DNA of 64,000 nt from Nitrosopumilus sp. GTDB lineage: Archaea; Thermoproteota; Nitrososphaeria; Nitrososphaerales; Nitrosopumilaceae. Made by a program: the position numbers and the translations under genes. Of the stretch, positions 1-9,686 are shown one piece after another. The DNA lies in NCBI GenBank assembly GCA_965249555.1, contig OZ252243.1, forward strand, positions 992,001 to 1,056,000, written 5' to 3'. Under the pieces are notes generated by a model. It was not told where the DNA came from. It searched no databases and saw only the letters and a list, made by a program, of their open reading frames with translations. The stretch's first letter is position 1. Each line of letters starts with the position of its first letter.

Positions 1-615
1 AAGTTCTTTGACTAGTAATCTATAACATCTTGCAATATCTTTTCTTTTGATATTACCAGCTTGTTCTACATCTTTTAGATTTCTTGGTGTTGAAGTATCA
101 CGACATGCAGCATAAAGTGCTGCAGCCATTAAAGCTGAAATGGAACGTCCTCTGACAAGTCCTTTTTCAAGTGCTTTTCTGTAAAGGTAAGCTGCTTTTT
201 CAATTACTGCGTCAGAAATAGCTAGTTTGTCTTTTAGTCTATTTAATTCACTAAATGCTTGTCTAAAGTTTCTATCAACTGGTTCATGAACTTGACTTCT
301 ACTATCCCAAGTTCTGAGTCTTTCAATTGTACTTTTCATTGATGCTGTAAGTGGTCTACCAGAAGCATCTTTGTTAACTGGATTGATAATTGTTGCAAGA
401 CCCATGTCATGCATTGTTAATGAAGTTGGTGCACCAGCTCGTGCTTTATCTCCATTTTGGTCTTGAGAGAATGACCTCCATTCCGGGCCAGATTCTTGTA
501 ATTTTTCAGTAATTACAAATCCACATTTGGAGCAGAACATCTCTCCAGATTCATTATCAGTAACTAATTTTCCCTGTGCACATCTTGGGCACGATTCATT
601 TGTTTTACTTACCAT
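1..615 (-). CDS. tfb: Transcription initiation factor IIB (runs off window start)
   Basis: Manual translation from ATG at 615: MVSKTNESCPRCAQGKLVTDNESGEMFCSKCG (Zn ribbon), GPEWRSF B-reader, LVRGRSISALMAAALYAACR cyclin repeat. Confidence 0.95.
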   Translation of the reverse strand, partial: MVSKTNESCPRCAQGKLVTDNESGEMFCSKCGFVITEKLQESGPEWRSFSQDQNGDKARAGAPTSLTMHDMGLATIINPVNKDASGRPLTASMKSTIERLRTWDSRSQVHEPVDRNFRQAFSELNRLKDKLAISDAVIEKAAYLYRKALEKGLVRGRSISALMAAALYAACRDTSTPRNLKDVEQAGNIKRKDIARCYRLLVKEL

Positions 616-715
616 TTATGATTCTAGAATTCTGCGTTGTTTGGTATTTATTAATCAACAACTTTTTTCTTTAGATTTTGAGCCCAATAATACAGAATAG
701 ATATTTTGGAGTGAT

Positions 716-1015
716 CTAAGATTCTAGTTTTTCTTTTATATTTTGGACATATTTTTTGTTGTACTCATTGAATAATTGAATTTTGTTTTGAGCCAAGGCC
801 ATAGCACCTGGTCTGGTATTCACATGTATTTGAGAAATTTTTTGTTGTTCCAAGATTTTCTCAAGATCCTCTTTTGATAGAGATTTTAATTCTTCAAGTA
901 AAATTGCAAGTTCTTTTTCAAGAATATTTTTGGTGTCAGGAGTTGCAGGTGGTTTAGCACCAATGATTTCCTTAGTTGTAATATTACCAAATACTTTTTT
1001 GTCTAATTCAAGCAA
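716..1015 (-). CDS. Hypothetical protein
   Basis: 99-aa ORF filling intergenic space, TTG start. Confidence 0.7.
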   Translation of the reverse strand: MLELDKKVFGNITTKEIIGAKPPATPDTKNILEKELAILLEELKSLSKEDLEKILEQQKISQIHVNTRPGAMALAQNKIQLFNEYNKKYVQNIKEKLES

Positions 1016-1134
1016 TACTAGTAAGTGAAATTATGATGCTATAAATTCAATTTTGTTTAAAGAATTTAGAAATGTAACTTATCTACGCCTAAGAAATGAA
1101 TTTCTATTTATAAGAAATCAATGCAAGTAAAATT

Positions 1135-1407
1135 ATGACAATTCCAGTTGAAGTTGAAGAAGTAGTTGAAGAGCACATCAAGTTAATGATTTCCCAAACT
1201 GAGACATATCTACCTTTTATCAGAGTTGTATTTCCTTACTCAAAAAATATAGCTGATGGTGTTTACAATCTAATTATTGGTAGTGCACTCTCTGTATTTG
1301 TCAATCAATTTGCAATTAAGATGATAAATCCAACTGTAGAAGATTTTACAGATTTTGGAAAAATTGCTTTAAAATATAGAGATCAAATTGACAAGTTTTT
1401 CAAATAG
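1135..1407 (+). CDS. Hypothetical protein
   Basis: 90-aa ORF with ATG start and TTTATAA TATA-like box about 25 nt upstream. Confidence 0.75.
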   Translation: MTIPVEVEEVVEEHIKLMISQTETYLPFIRVVFPYSKNIADGVYNLIIGSALSVFVNQFAIKMINPTVEDFTDFGKIALKYRDQIDKFFK

Positions 1408-1638
1408 TTATGCCAATTCACCCAGAAAATGAACAGTGTCATTAGTTACAATAACTGTTCTATTTTTAGGAACGCGATATAATTTTTTTGAGCCATTAAA
1501 AGATTGAACAATAAGTTTTGAAAATGGATCTTTGAGTGATTTGTAAAGTATTCCTTTATCACCTACTGATTGAGACCAGTGTGTTCCTTGTACAAAGGAA
1601 ATTGTTTGAAACTTTACAACTTGGTATGAATAGACCAT
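1408..1638 (-). CDS. Small hypothetical protein downstream of crcB
   Basis: 76-aa ORF starting 6 nt after crcB stop. Confidence 0.75.
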   Translation of the reverse strand: MVYSYQVVKFQTISFVQGTHWSQSVGDKGILYKSLKDPFSKLIVQSFNGSKKLYRVPKNRTVIVTNDTVHFLGELA

Positions 1639-1644
1639 TTCTAA

Positions 1645-2024
1645 TTAATTATTGATTATTGCACTCATTAAGGATTTTCCTCCAATTAGTGCTGCAATAG
1701 ATAGTCCAATATTTGCAGCAATATTGATTGCAAGTATTCCATAGTGATTGCTCTCAAGAAGATTACTTGAATCAAGTGCAAATGCAGACATTGTTGTAAG
1801 TGAACCGCAAAATCCTACTGCAGCAAAAAGAGAATATCGTCCATCGAGGTGCCATTGTTGTGACATTATGACAAATACCCCAAGGATAAATGCCCCAAGT
1901 ACATTGACTATCAAAACATTGACAGGTAATGTATTGAAAAGTAAAGGAGATTCAGTAACTTTGAATCTTAGATATGCCCAAGTACAGAACCTGCTGCAAG
2001 AAAAACAAATTCAAAACCTTTCAT
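1645..2024 (-). pseudogene. crcB: Fluoride channel CrcB/FluC, frameshifted (or sequencing error)
   Basis: GFCGSLTTMSAF Fluc signature. N-terminus MKGFEFVFLAAGSVLG from ATG 2024 is one base out of frame with YLRFKVTES.. at the G3 run (1977-1979). Confidence 0.85.
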
Positions 2025-2119
2025 CCATATCCTAACACAAACTGACATTATTAGTGCTATTTGAGAGAATATAGGCGCAATTCATGTCAATCTCATTATA
2101 AATCTAAAAATCATAGACT

Positions 2120-3561
2120 GTATGTATCAACCTTCACGCACAAATCAATATCATTACACAAAAAGATCTAAGATCAACTAAATCATCATACAAAACATGT
2201 CAGGTTGTGGTCATGAGAAAATCATCATACAGCTACAAAAAAAGACAAAACAACAAGACGAAGTGATAAAACAACTAAAATTAATCATAGAGAATCTCAT
2301 AGAATCAAACAAGGAACTGCAAAAAAAGCTGTCATATTATGAGAATGCACACTCTCCGCCATCAAAGAATTCCCTTGAATGGAGAAAGCAAAAAAGACAA
2401 CACAGACAGCCAGGCAAATCAAGACGTGGTGGAATAGCAGGACACGTTGGCAAGACACAGAAATTCAGACCAACTAGCACCAAACACCACAGATCAGATG
2501 CATGTCCTAAATGCGGTAGTGAAAATATTCATCAAACCAAAACCTGCAAAAGGATAATGGTTGAGATTCCTCCACCAACACCCTACGGTATAACTGAGCA
2601 TGTTTTGAATCAATACATCTGCATGGACTGTTCTGATAATTTTCAAACCACGGGAAACCTTCCATCACATGGATGTTTTGATGGTTCAGTGATACGTGAG
2701 GTCGTCTCACTGTTCTCAAAGAGATTGACATACGATGCTATCAGAACCACACTCTATGAAAGATATGGATTAGAAATCAGCAATACAACCGTACAATCCA
2801 TTCTTCGCAACGGTAGTGTGATGTTAGAGTCATTTTACAATACAATCCACAGCGAAATCGTGACTGAAAAGATTCTCGGAATCGATGAGACAGGATTTTC
2901 AATTGATGGAAATACTGGATGGATGTGGGTTGCAAGAAGCAAGACTAGTGCACAGTATGCCTTGGAGTACAGCAGAGGTGCCAATGTTCTAAAAAAGTAC
3001 TGGAAGAAATTCAAAGGAACCCTAGTGTCTGACGGATATGCTCCGTACAGGACAGTATTTTGTGATAACACAAAGCAGAGATGCACCGCACACCTGCAGC
3101 GCGATGCCAAATATCTGGCAATAAAATCACAGGACAAAAAGGCAAGGATTCTATATGGAAAATTCTCAGATATGCTAGGTCATGCCAGGGTTTGGAGTGT
3201 AGGTAATCGTCATACAAAACGGCGGGAAACGTACAGGGATGATTTACTAAAACAGCTGGACCGTATCATTGCACGATATTTGAAAGGTGATATGGAGATG
3301 GTTCAGTTTGGCAAGAAGCTAAAGACTGCAAGGAACAGCATGTTTACGTTTGTCATGGATGGCGATGTCCCGTCAACTAACAATGATGCAGAGAATTCCA
3401 TTCGAAAGTGCGTGATGCAGAGGAATGTTCGCGGGCAGATGAAGAGTGATCAGGGCATGAGGATGATCTCAGTCTTTCTCACATGCTTTGAGACATGGAG
3501 AATAAGGGAATTGAACATGTTCTCTGAGATGGCAAAATACATCTAAGTGCTTGATACATAC
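2120..3561 (+). mobile_element. IS66-family insertion sequence, single-ORF (ISBst12-like), 1442 bp
   Basis: Perfect 11-bp TIRs GTATGTATCAA (2120-2130) and TTGATACATAC (3551-3561). 8-bp TSD CATAGACT at 2112-2119 and 3562-3569. Visibly more GC-rich than flanks. Confidence 0.95.
2197..3546 (+). CDS. IS66-family DDE transposase (TnpC-like)
   Basis: N-terminal coiled coil + NAHSPPS, CPKCG..CMDC Zn finger, IDETG, VSDGY, QRCTAHLQRD, STNNDAENSIR. Confidence 0.93.
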   Translation: MSGCGHEKIIIQLQKKTKQQDEVIKQLKLIIENLIESNKELQKKLSYYENAHSPPSKNSLEWRKQKRQHRQPGKSRRGGIAGHVGKTQKFRPTSTKHHRSDACPKCGSENIHQTKTCKRIMVEIPPPTPYGITEHVLNQYICMDCSDNFQTTGNLPSHGCFDGSVIREVVSLFSKRLTYDAIRTTLYERYGLEISNTTVQSILRNGSVMLESFYNTIHSEIVTEKILGIDETGFSIDGNTGWMWVARSKTSAQYALEYSRGANVLKKYWKKFKGTLVSDGYAPYRTVFCDNTKQRCTAHLQRDAKYLAIKSQDKKARILYGKFSDMLGHARVWSVGNRHTKRRETYRDDLLKQLDRIIARYLKGDMEMVQFGKKLKTARNSMFTFVMDGDVPSTNNDAENSIRKCVMQRNVRGQMKSDQGMRMISVFLTCFETWRIRELNMFSEMAKYI

Positions 3562-3604
3562 CATAGACTTGATTTTTATAAGCTCAATATTGGTTTCAGA
3601 CAAG

Positions 3605-3796
3605 ATGAATCTTAAACTAAGATGTGAAGATTATGGTTTTGAATGTGAGTTTGTTCTTGACGAAGAAAAATCTTTAGTGGAACTCAAAAAATTTAGAGAC
3701 CATTTTGAAGAAGAACACGGAATTGATTATACAATAGAAGCAGTTACACAAATGATTACAAATCGTGGACATTCTTTAGATTCAATTAAGAAATAA
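3605..3796 (+). CDS. DUF1059-like small metal-binding protein
   Basis: LRCEDYGFECEF...HFEEEHG pattern. ATG at 3605 preferred because the longer ORF starts inside the IS TIR. Confidence 0.75.
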   Translation: MNLKLRCEDYGFECEFVLDEEKSLVELKKFRDHFEEEHGIDYTIEAVTQMITNRGHSLDSIKK

Positions 3797-3972
3797 ACTA
3801 TAAAAAAAATTATTTTATTATTTTAACATTTATTACAATGTATATTGTATAGCATACAAAGAGTTTATTTTTTGAAAAGTTTAGGAATTTTTTGTATGCA
3901 AAGCTTTGTTTTGATTACAAAATTACCTGAAACAAATTATTTTTATTTTAGAAACACCAATTATAGTTAGTA

Positions 3973-4893
3973 GTGACAGGAAATTATTTTAGTGATTATG
4001 ATGTAAAGTGTCAACTTGACACTTGCAAAACCTACCCCGTAATAACAGATTCTGAAAGAGGAGAAATTGTTTGTGGGGGATGCGGTCTTATTCTAGTGCA
4101 AAACATATCTGATACATCATATGAAAACAATGGTTACACTCTGGAAGGCTTTATGAAGCAAGCAAGAACAGGTCCTGCTACATCATTGATAATGTTTGAT
4201 AAGGGATTATCAACTGTAATTGGTACCAACAAAGATTTTTCTGGAAATGCATTACCAAGTAAAACAAAATATGAATTCAATAGACTACGAACATGGGATC
4301 AGAGAAGTAAATCAAGAAATACAGCTACCTTAAGCAAAGCGTTTACTTTGCTTCATGGAATGAAAACAAAGTTAGGAATTCCAGATAATGTTGTAGAAAA
4401 TGCTGCCTACATTTACAGAAAAATAGTTAGTGCAAAACTAACCAGAGGAAGAACTATGACATCATTGATTTCAGCCGCTTTGTATGCTGCATGTAGAGAA
4501 AATAACATTCCAAGAACGTTAAATGATATTGCAGAAGCTGGAAATATTGAAAGAAGAATACTTTCGCGTGATTTGAGGACCATAATCAAAAAACTTGGAT
4601 TAAATCTTAATCAGTATGATACTAATTCATTTATCACAAAAATTTCAAACAACATGAATCTAAAAGAAAAGATCAAACGAGATGCATTTGAGATTCTAAA
4701 GCGCTGTGAAAAAGAAGAGATTACTGCTGGAAAACATCCTGTGGCACAAGCTGCTGCTTCATTGTATATTTCATGTATAATGAATGGTGTAAAAATTAGC
4801 CAAAAGAAATTTTCAGAGGAATCTGGAGTAAGTGATGTTACAATTAGAAACAGATCTGTCTTAATTAAGAAAACATTAAAACTAGTAGAGTAA
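3973..4893 (+). CDS. tfb: Transcription initiation factor IIB paralog
   Basis: TDSERGEIVCGGCG, RLRTWDQRS, LTRGRTMTSLISAALYAACR, GVSDVTIRNR. Confidence 0.92.
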   Translation: MTGNYFSDYDVKCQLDTCKTYPVITDSERGEIVCGGCGLILVQNISDTSYENNGYTLEGFMKQARTGPATSLIMFDKGLSTVIGTNKDFSGNALPSKTKYEFNRLRTWDQRSKSRNTATLSKAFTLLHGMKTKLGIPDNVVENAAYIYRKIVSAKLTRGRTMTSLISAALYAACRENNIPRTLNDIAEAGNIERRILSRDLRTIIKKLGLNLNQYDTNSFITKISNNMNLKEKIKRDAFEILKRCEKEEITAGKHPVAQAAASLYISCIMNGVKISQKKFSEESGVSDVTIRNRSVLIKKTLKLVE

Positions 4894-4907
4894 ACTTTTA
4901 AAAAATT

Positions 4908-5345
4908 CTACAGGTTAATTATAGGAGAAAGTATTTTTTCAAATAACACATCTTTCAGTCTATTTACCAAATCCATTATTACTCGTATTTGTTCCATTGC
5001 TATTTCTTTAAGATTTTCAACGCTATCATTTAGCTCCAATATTTCAGCTTGTAATCTTGAATTTTCATTTTTTATAGTTGATATTTGTCCTTGAAGGTTA
5101 GTATTTTGTTGTTTTAGTTTGTCATTTTCTTCAGTTAATCGTTGTATTTTTTCTAAATCAGTATCTCCTGGAAATGGTTCTGGAACAGGATCAGGTTCGG
5201 GTAATTGAATTGGTGCTGGTTCTGGAGAAGGTTCTGGAATTCCTGGTGGTTTTGGCTCTTGTTCAGTTTCAAACGCTGATGTAAATTGCAAGGAACTAAC
5301 TAAAAGAAGTACAAAAGTTAAACCAAAAATAAGACTACTTTTCAT
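4908..5345 (-). CDS. Secreted or membrane-anchored protein with Pro-rich linker and coiled coil
   Basis: Signal-peptide-like N-terminus, EPxP repeats, heptad-rich C-terminus. Confidence 0.75.
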   Translation of the reverse strand: MKSSLIFGLTFVLLLVSSLQFTSAFETEQEPKPPGIPEPSPEPAPIQLPEPDPVPEPFPGDTDLEKIQRLTEENDKLKQQNTNLQGQISTIKNENSRLQAEILELNDSVENLKEIAMEQIRVIMDLVNRLKDVLFEKILSPIINL

Positions 5346-5410
5346 TTGATTGTTTCACTAACATACTAGAACAATTTTGTATATGAATATGATTATTAAT
5401 TTGAGAATAA

Positions 5411-5710
5411 GTGTTTGATGCAGCAGATAAATTCATCAAGGAAAAATGGGGATTGGATTCAGATGTGTACAGATGGTTTTGGGTTGGAGTAGAGTCTTGT
5501 GCCAGATTTAATGCTTTGTATAATATGAAAAACGAGTTTACCAAATTTGAAACAAAATCTGGAGGGATAGTATTTCTGATGTCAGTAATTGAAATAAAGA
5601 CAGACCATATCCGTGGAGGAAAATGGATCAAGTTCATTACAAGGAATGATACTCAGAAAAGCCTCAAATTAATCAAGAAGAGAAATTGTAATAGAATAAT
5701 TCCTTCGTAA
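5411..5710 (+). pseudogene. Possible degraded DDE (IS6-like) transposase fragment
   Basis: AADKFIK..YRWFWVGVES.ARF loosely resembles the DE.F.K...W.W..D..TRF segment of IS6-like transposases. Confidence 0.3.
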
Positions 5711-5940
5711 TTAGCTACAAAATTACACTTGTAACACATTAAACTGCCATACAAGGTACATTTGTTACAATTTGCAGAAAACTGTCTTTGTATTAATTTG
5801 TCAAGGATTGTAACAGATTCTCAAAGGGCATAGGCATGATATCGCGAAATTTTCACTATTGGACAGGCAATTAGACGGTAAATGTCTAAGAGTAGATGTG
5901 AATTTGGGGTAACCGCAAACTCTAAGAATAAAAAGTAGGA

Positions 5941-6159
5941 TTATTTGTAAAAATCAGGTTCTTGATCTTTTTTTTGCTTTGGAAGATCATCCATAACAGC
6001 TTGAACAACTTCGTTGTGATTATATGTTAAATGTCTGAGAAATTTTGCAGATTCGTCTGCTCTTTTCTTCTCATCTGCAAACAACATTTCAGGGCTACTC
6101 AGTTCTGCCATCATTGTATTACATTCTTGGCAGGGATTAAAATCAAGATAGAGTTTCAT
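5941..6159 (-). CDS. Small protein with CxxC..HxxxH, last gene of hsp20-cdc48 run
   Basis: 72-aa ORF; CQEC and HLTYNH. Confidence 0.75.
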   Translation of the reverse strand: MKLYLDFNPCQECNTMMAELSSPEMLFADEKKRADESAKFLRHLTYNHNEVVQAVMDDLPKQKKDQEPDFYK

Positions 6160-6189
6160 TGTTTTGCTTCACTTTCCTTAGTATTTAGA

Positions 6190-8337
6190 CTATTTTATTG
6201 ATTGAGATAGAGGAGCCTCTTTTTTTCTAGGCTTTACCTTATCTACGGCATCAATTAGATCTTGTTGGGTTATCCTGATTTCTTTGACGTTTTGAGACTT
6301 GCCACTGACATATCTCTTCAGAGCAGTTACTGCAGCTCTATTAGCAACAGCTGTAATTTCTGCACCACTAAAACTATCTGTCAACTCTACGAGTTTTGTA
6401 ATGTTAACATCACTTGCAAGTGGTTTCTTTTTGGTATGAATCTTAAAGATATGATGTCTTCCTTGGGCATCAGGATTAGAAACTTTAATGATTCTATCAA
6501 ATCTACCTGGTCTTAGCAATGCCTCATCCACAATATCTAATCTATTAGTTGCACCAATTATCAAAACATTATGTAGTTCTTCAAGTCCATCAATTTCAGT
6601 TAGAATTTGAGAGACTACATTTTCTGTAACATGTGATCCTGAATCACCACTACTTCTCCGTGGAACAAGTGCATCAACTTCATCTAAGAAGATGATACAT
6701 GGTGCTACCTGTCGTGCTTTTCTGAAAATTTCTCTGATTCCTTTTTCAGACTCACCAACCCACTTTGAGAGTAGCTCAGGACCCTTAATGCTAATAAAAT
6801 TAGACTCTGTCATTGTTGCAAGTGCTTTTGCAATCAGAGTTTTCCCAGTTCCAGGTGGGCCATGAAGTAAAATTCCCTTTGGGGATTCTATATTAACATA
6901 ATCAAATGCCTCTTTGTACTTGATAGGCCATTCAACTGCCTCACAAAGTTCTTCTTTTAATTGGTCTAGACCACCAACATCATCCCAACTAACATTAGGA
7001 ATTTGAACTTGGACTTCTCTTAGTGCGCTTGGTCTAACTTCTTTTAATGCATCTCTAAAGTCTTCACTAGTAATCTGAATCTTTTGAAGAATTTCTGAAG
7101 AAATTTTGTCTTCATCAAGATCAATTTCAGGAAGAATTCTACGAAGAGATCTCATTGCAGCTTCTTTTGATAATACTTCTAAATCAGCTCCTACAAATCC
7201 ATGTGTAGTCTTTGAGATTTGTTTAAGATCTACTTTTTTGTCGATTGGCATACCACGTGTATGAATTGAGAGAATATCGAATCTTCCCTCATCATCAGGA
7301 ATTCCAATTTCAATTTCTCTATCAAATCTTCCGGGTCTTCGAAGTGCAGGATCAATAGAGTCTGGTCTGTTAGTAGCTGCAATCACTACAACTTTTCCTC
7401 TAGACTTCATGCCATCCATTAGTGTTAAGAGTTGAGAAACTATTCTCTTCTCTACTTCACCTGTTACTTCATCTCTCTTTGGAGCAATAGAATCAATCTC
7501 ATCAATGAAAATAATGCTAGGTGAGTTTTCTTCAGCTTGTGCAAAGATCTCTCTTAATTTCCCTTCGCTTTCTCCGTAGTATTTGCCCATAATTTCAGGA
7601 CCACTAAGTGAGATAAAGTGTGCATTAGTCTCTCCGGCAACTGCTTTTGCAAGTAGAGTCTTTCCAGTACCTGGAGGTCCATATAGTAATACACCCTTTG
7701 GTGCCTCTACACCTATTTTGTCAAATAATTCTGGATGTCTCATGGGTAATTCTACCATCTCACGGATTTTTAGAACCTCATTTTTCAAGCCTCCAAGTTC
7801 ATCGTAAGTAATTCTTGGAACTGAGGCATCAACTGCTTTGGTCATTGTTCCAAGTTTGAAGATGGTATTATCATTAACAATAACTGGTTTTGATGGTTTT
7901 GTATTAGTTATAATAAATTGTATTTTTCCACCCATTTGTGTTGGTAGCTGGATTGAATCATGAATAGTAAAAACATGATTTTGGAAATTGGTAATCATAA
8001 CATCATGTAATTGTTCTTCATCAATACGTAATTTTTCAGTTGGAGATAAAGTAATTTGTTCAGCGTCAACTGCATCTACAGATTTTATAGAAATTTTATC
8101 TCCAATTCCAGCTCCAATATTTAGTCTTGTCATTCCATCAATTTTGATAATTCCTGCTCCATATTCTTCAGGTAAACCTTCCCAAAGTTTTACATGTGTT
8201 TTTTTGTTGTATGTTAATTCTAAAATTTGTCCTAATTCCCATTTCTGATCCTCAATAATCTTAGGATCAATGATGGCCATTCCTCTTCCAACGTGTTGTT
8301 GTGGAATTTCATCTATTTTTAAAATAATTTCACTCAT
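6190..8337 (-). CDS. cdc48: CDC48/VCP family AAA+ ATPase
   Basis: Two AAA modules [30 protein letters not shown]; GAGGTG SD upstream. Confidence 0.96.
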   Translation of the reverse strand: MSEIILKIDEIPQQHVGRGMAIIDPKIIEDQKWELGQILELTYNKKTHVKLWEGLPEEYGAGIIKIDGMTRLNIGAGIGDKISIKSVDAVDAEQITLSPTEKLRIDEEQLHDVMITNFQNHVFTIHDSIQLPTQMGGKIQFIITNTKPSKPVIVNDNTIFKLGTMTKAVDASVPRITYDELGGLKNEVLKIREMVELPMRHPELFDKIGVEAPKGVLLYGPPGTGKTLLAKAVAGETNAHFISLSGPEIMGKYYGESEGKLREIFAQAEENSPSIIFIDEIDSIAPKRDEVTGEVEKRIVSQLLTLMDGMKSRGKVVVIAATNRPDSIDPALRRPGRFDREIEIGIPDDEGRFDILSIHTRGMPIDKKVDLKQISKTTHGFVGADLEVLSKEAAMRSLRRILPEIDLDEDKISSEILQKIQITSEDFRDALKEVRPSALREVQVQIPNVSWDDVGGLDQLKEELCEAVEWPIKYKEAFDYVNIESPKGILLHGPPGTGKTLIAKALATMTESNFISIKGPELLSKWVGESEKGIREIFRKARQVAPCIIFLDEVDALVPRRSSGDSGSHVTENVVSQILTEIDGLEELHNVLIIGATNRLDIVDEALLRPGRFDRIIKVSNPDAQGRHHIFKIHTKKKPLASDVNITKLVELTDSFSGAEITAVANRAAVTALKRYVSGKSQNVKEIRITQQDLIDAVDKVKPRKKEAPLSQSIK

Positions 8338-8365
8338 TTTATCACCTCAAAAATTTAGGGAGGGG

Positions 8366-8866
8366 TTATTCAACCTCCACCCTTTTGCCTTTTGGTTTTT
8401 CTTCTTCAACTAACTTGAAGACTATTTGTAAAATTCCATTTTTGTAAGAAGCCTTTACAGAATTCTCATCAACTTTATGTTTCACTGGAACTTTTACATG
8501 ATACTTTTTTTCGTCATGTTCTGCTGAAAGATCTACGATCTTATTTTCAACAACAACTCTGACATCAGTCTTTTCAACTCCTGGCATCTCAGCTATGAGT
8601 TTTACTACCTTTTCTTTTTCATCGACAATTATGTCGACAAGTGGTTCTCGTGTATCAGAAGTTGGAAGTTGGTCTGGTTTGACGTTCCCAAATTCTTTTA
8701 CAACAGGTTTTCCATCTGGACCAACAGTCATTGTATAACCGTAACAACACGAACCAGAGTCAGAACCATTTCCCTTGAATTCCTCACAAATGTCATCTAT
8801 GTTAAAAAAAGAGTTTGACATTTGTTTGAAGATTCTATTGAATTCGCTATCAAAGAACATTGTCAT
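8366..8866 (-). CDS. hsp20: Small heat-shock protein Hsp20
   Basis: AEMPGVEK, ASYKNGILQI alpha-crystallin motifs; archaeal YGYTMTVGPDGKP. Confidence 0.93.
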   Translation of the reverse strand: MTMFFDSEFNRIFKQMSNSFFNIDDICEEFKGNGSDSGSCCYGYTMTVGPDGKPVVKEFGNVKPDQLPTSDTREPLVDIIVDEKEKVVKLIAEMPGVEKTDVRVVVENKIVDLSAEHDEKKYHVKVPVKHKVDENSVKASYKNGILQIVFKLVEEEKPKGKRVEVE

Positions 8867-8970
8867 ATTTATCTATCTTATGTAATATTTATGACATTAT
8901 ATAAAGATTATTCTATTTTCTTTGATATCTTACATAATCCTATTATAACTGACATATTATAATAATCTTA

Positions 8971-9636
8971 ATGAGGGTTTCAAGTATGTCTGTGCCTGAG
9001 GTTGTAAGGGAGATTATTACCAGAAATCGTTCAATTTATGATTGCATGAAGATGGATCTGATAAACTACACAGCACTAGCAGTAAAGATTCAACCAGAGA
9101 TTGAAAGGATTCTAGGAAATTCTGTTAATGTCAATACAGTGGTAGTTGCAATCAAAAGATATTCAGATTCATTTGAAATTAAAGAAGAGATCAAAGAGGA
9201 ATCAGTTTTGAAAAATGCTAGATTGGCTTTAACTGATGGAATTATGGATATTAAATTTTCAATAAAGGATTCTAATGAAATAGATCCTATGTCAATTTTA
9301 GATAAATTTTCCAAGATAACTAACAATTATGAATTTTTTAGAGTATCTGATTCTTTTAGATTTCTTGCTGAAGATATGGAAGACATTAGGCAGATCTTCA
9401 GCAATGTCTCAAACAGAGAGGATATGTTCAGTACGGGTCTTGCAAAGATTAGAATCTCAATACCTACATCCCAAAATCAATCTGATGTAGTTTCTTATGT
9501 TGCTGAGGTATTGCATGCTAACGGGATTGAGCTAGTAAATGCATTTTTCAGCCAAGACAGTATTGTTATTATTTTAAATGAAAAGAATTCATCAAGGGCA
9601 TATGATATCTTACATTCAGATATTATGAGAACCTAA
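8971..9636 (+). CDS. ACT-domain-containing protein
   Basis: INYTALA N-terminal motif; C-terminal ACT-like VAEVLHANGIEL. Confidence 0.75.
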   Translation: MRVSSMSVPEVVREIITRNRSIYDCMKMDLINYTALAVKIQPEIERILGNSVNVNTVVVAIKRYSDSFEIKEEIKEESVLKNARLALTDGIMDIKFSIKDSNEIDPMSILDKFSKITNNYEFFRVSDSFRFLAEDMEDIRQIFSNVSNREDMFSTGLAKIRISIPTSQNQSDVVSYVAEVLHANGIELVNAFFSQDSIVIILNEKNSSRAYDILHSDIMRT

Positions 9637-9686
9637 TTGTGTGATTTTCCTGAAAATATTGCTCATAGCATATATTCACCCAATCT

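Noticed and set aside
1748-2035. Plus-strand 95-aa ORF and the many other antisense ORFs in the track (e.g. within cdc48, polD, glnA, cca, lysC)
   Set aside because: Shadow frames of well-supported opposite-strand genes, with no recognisable motifs
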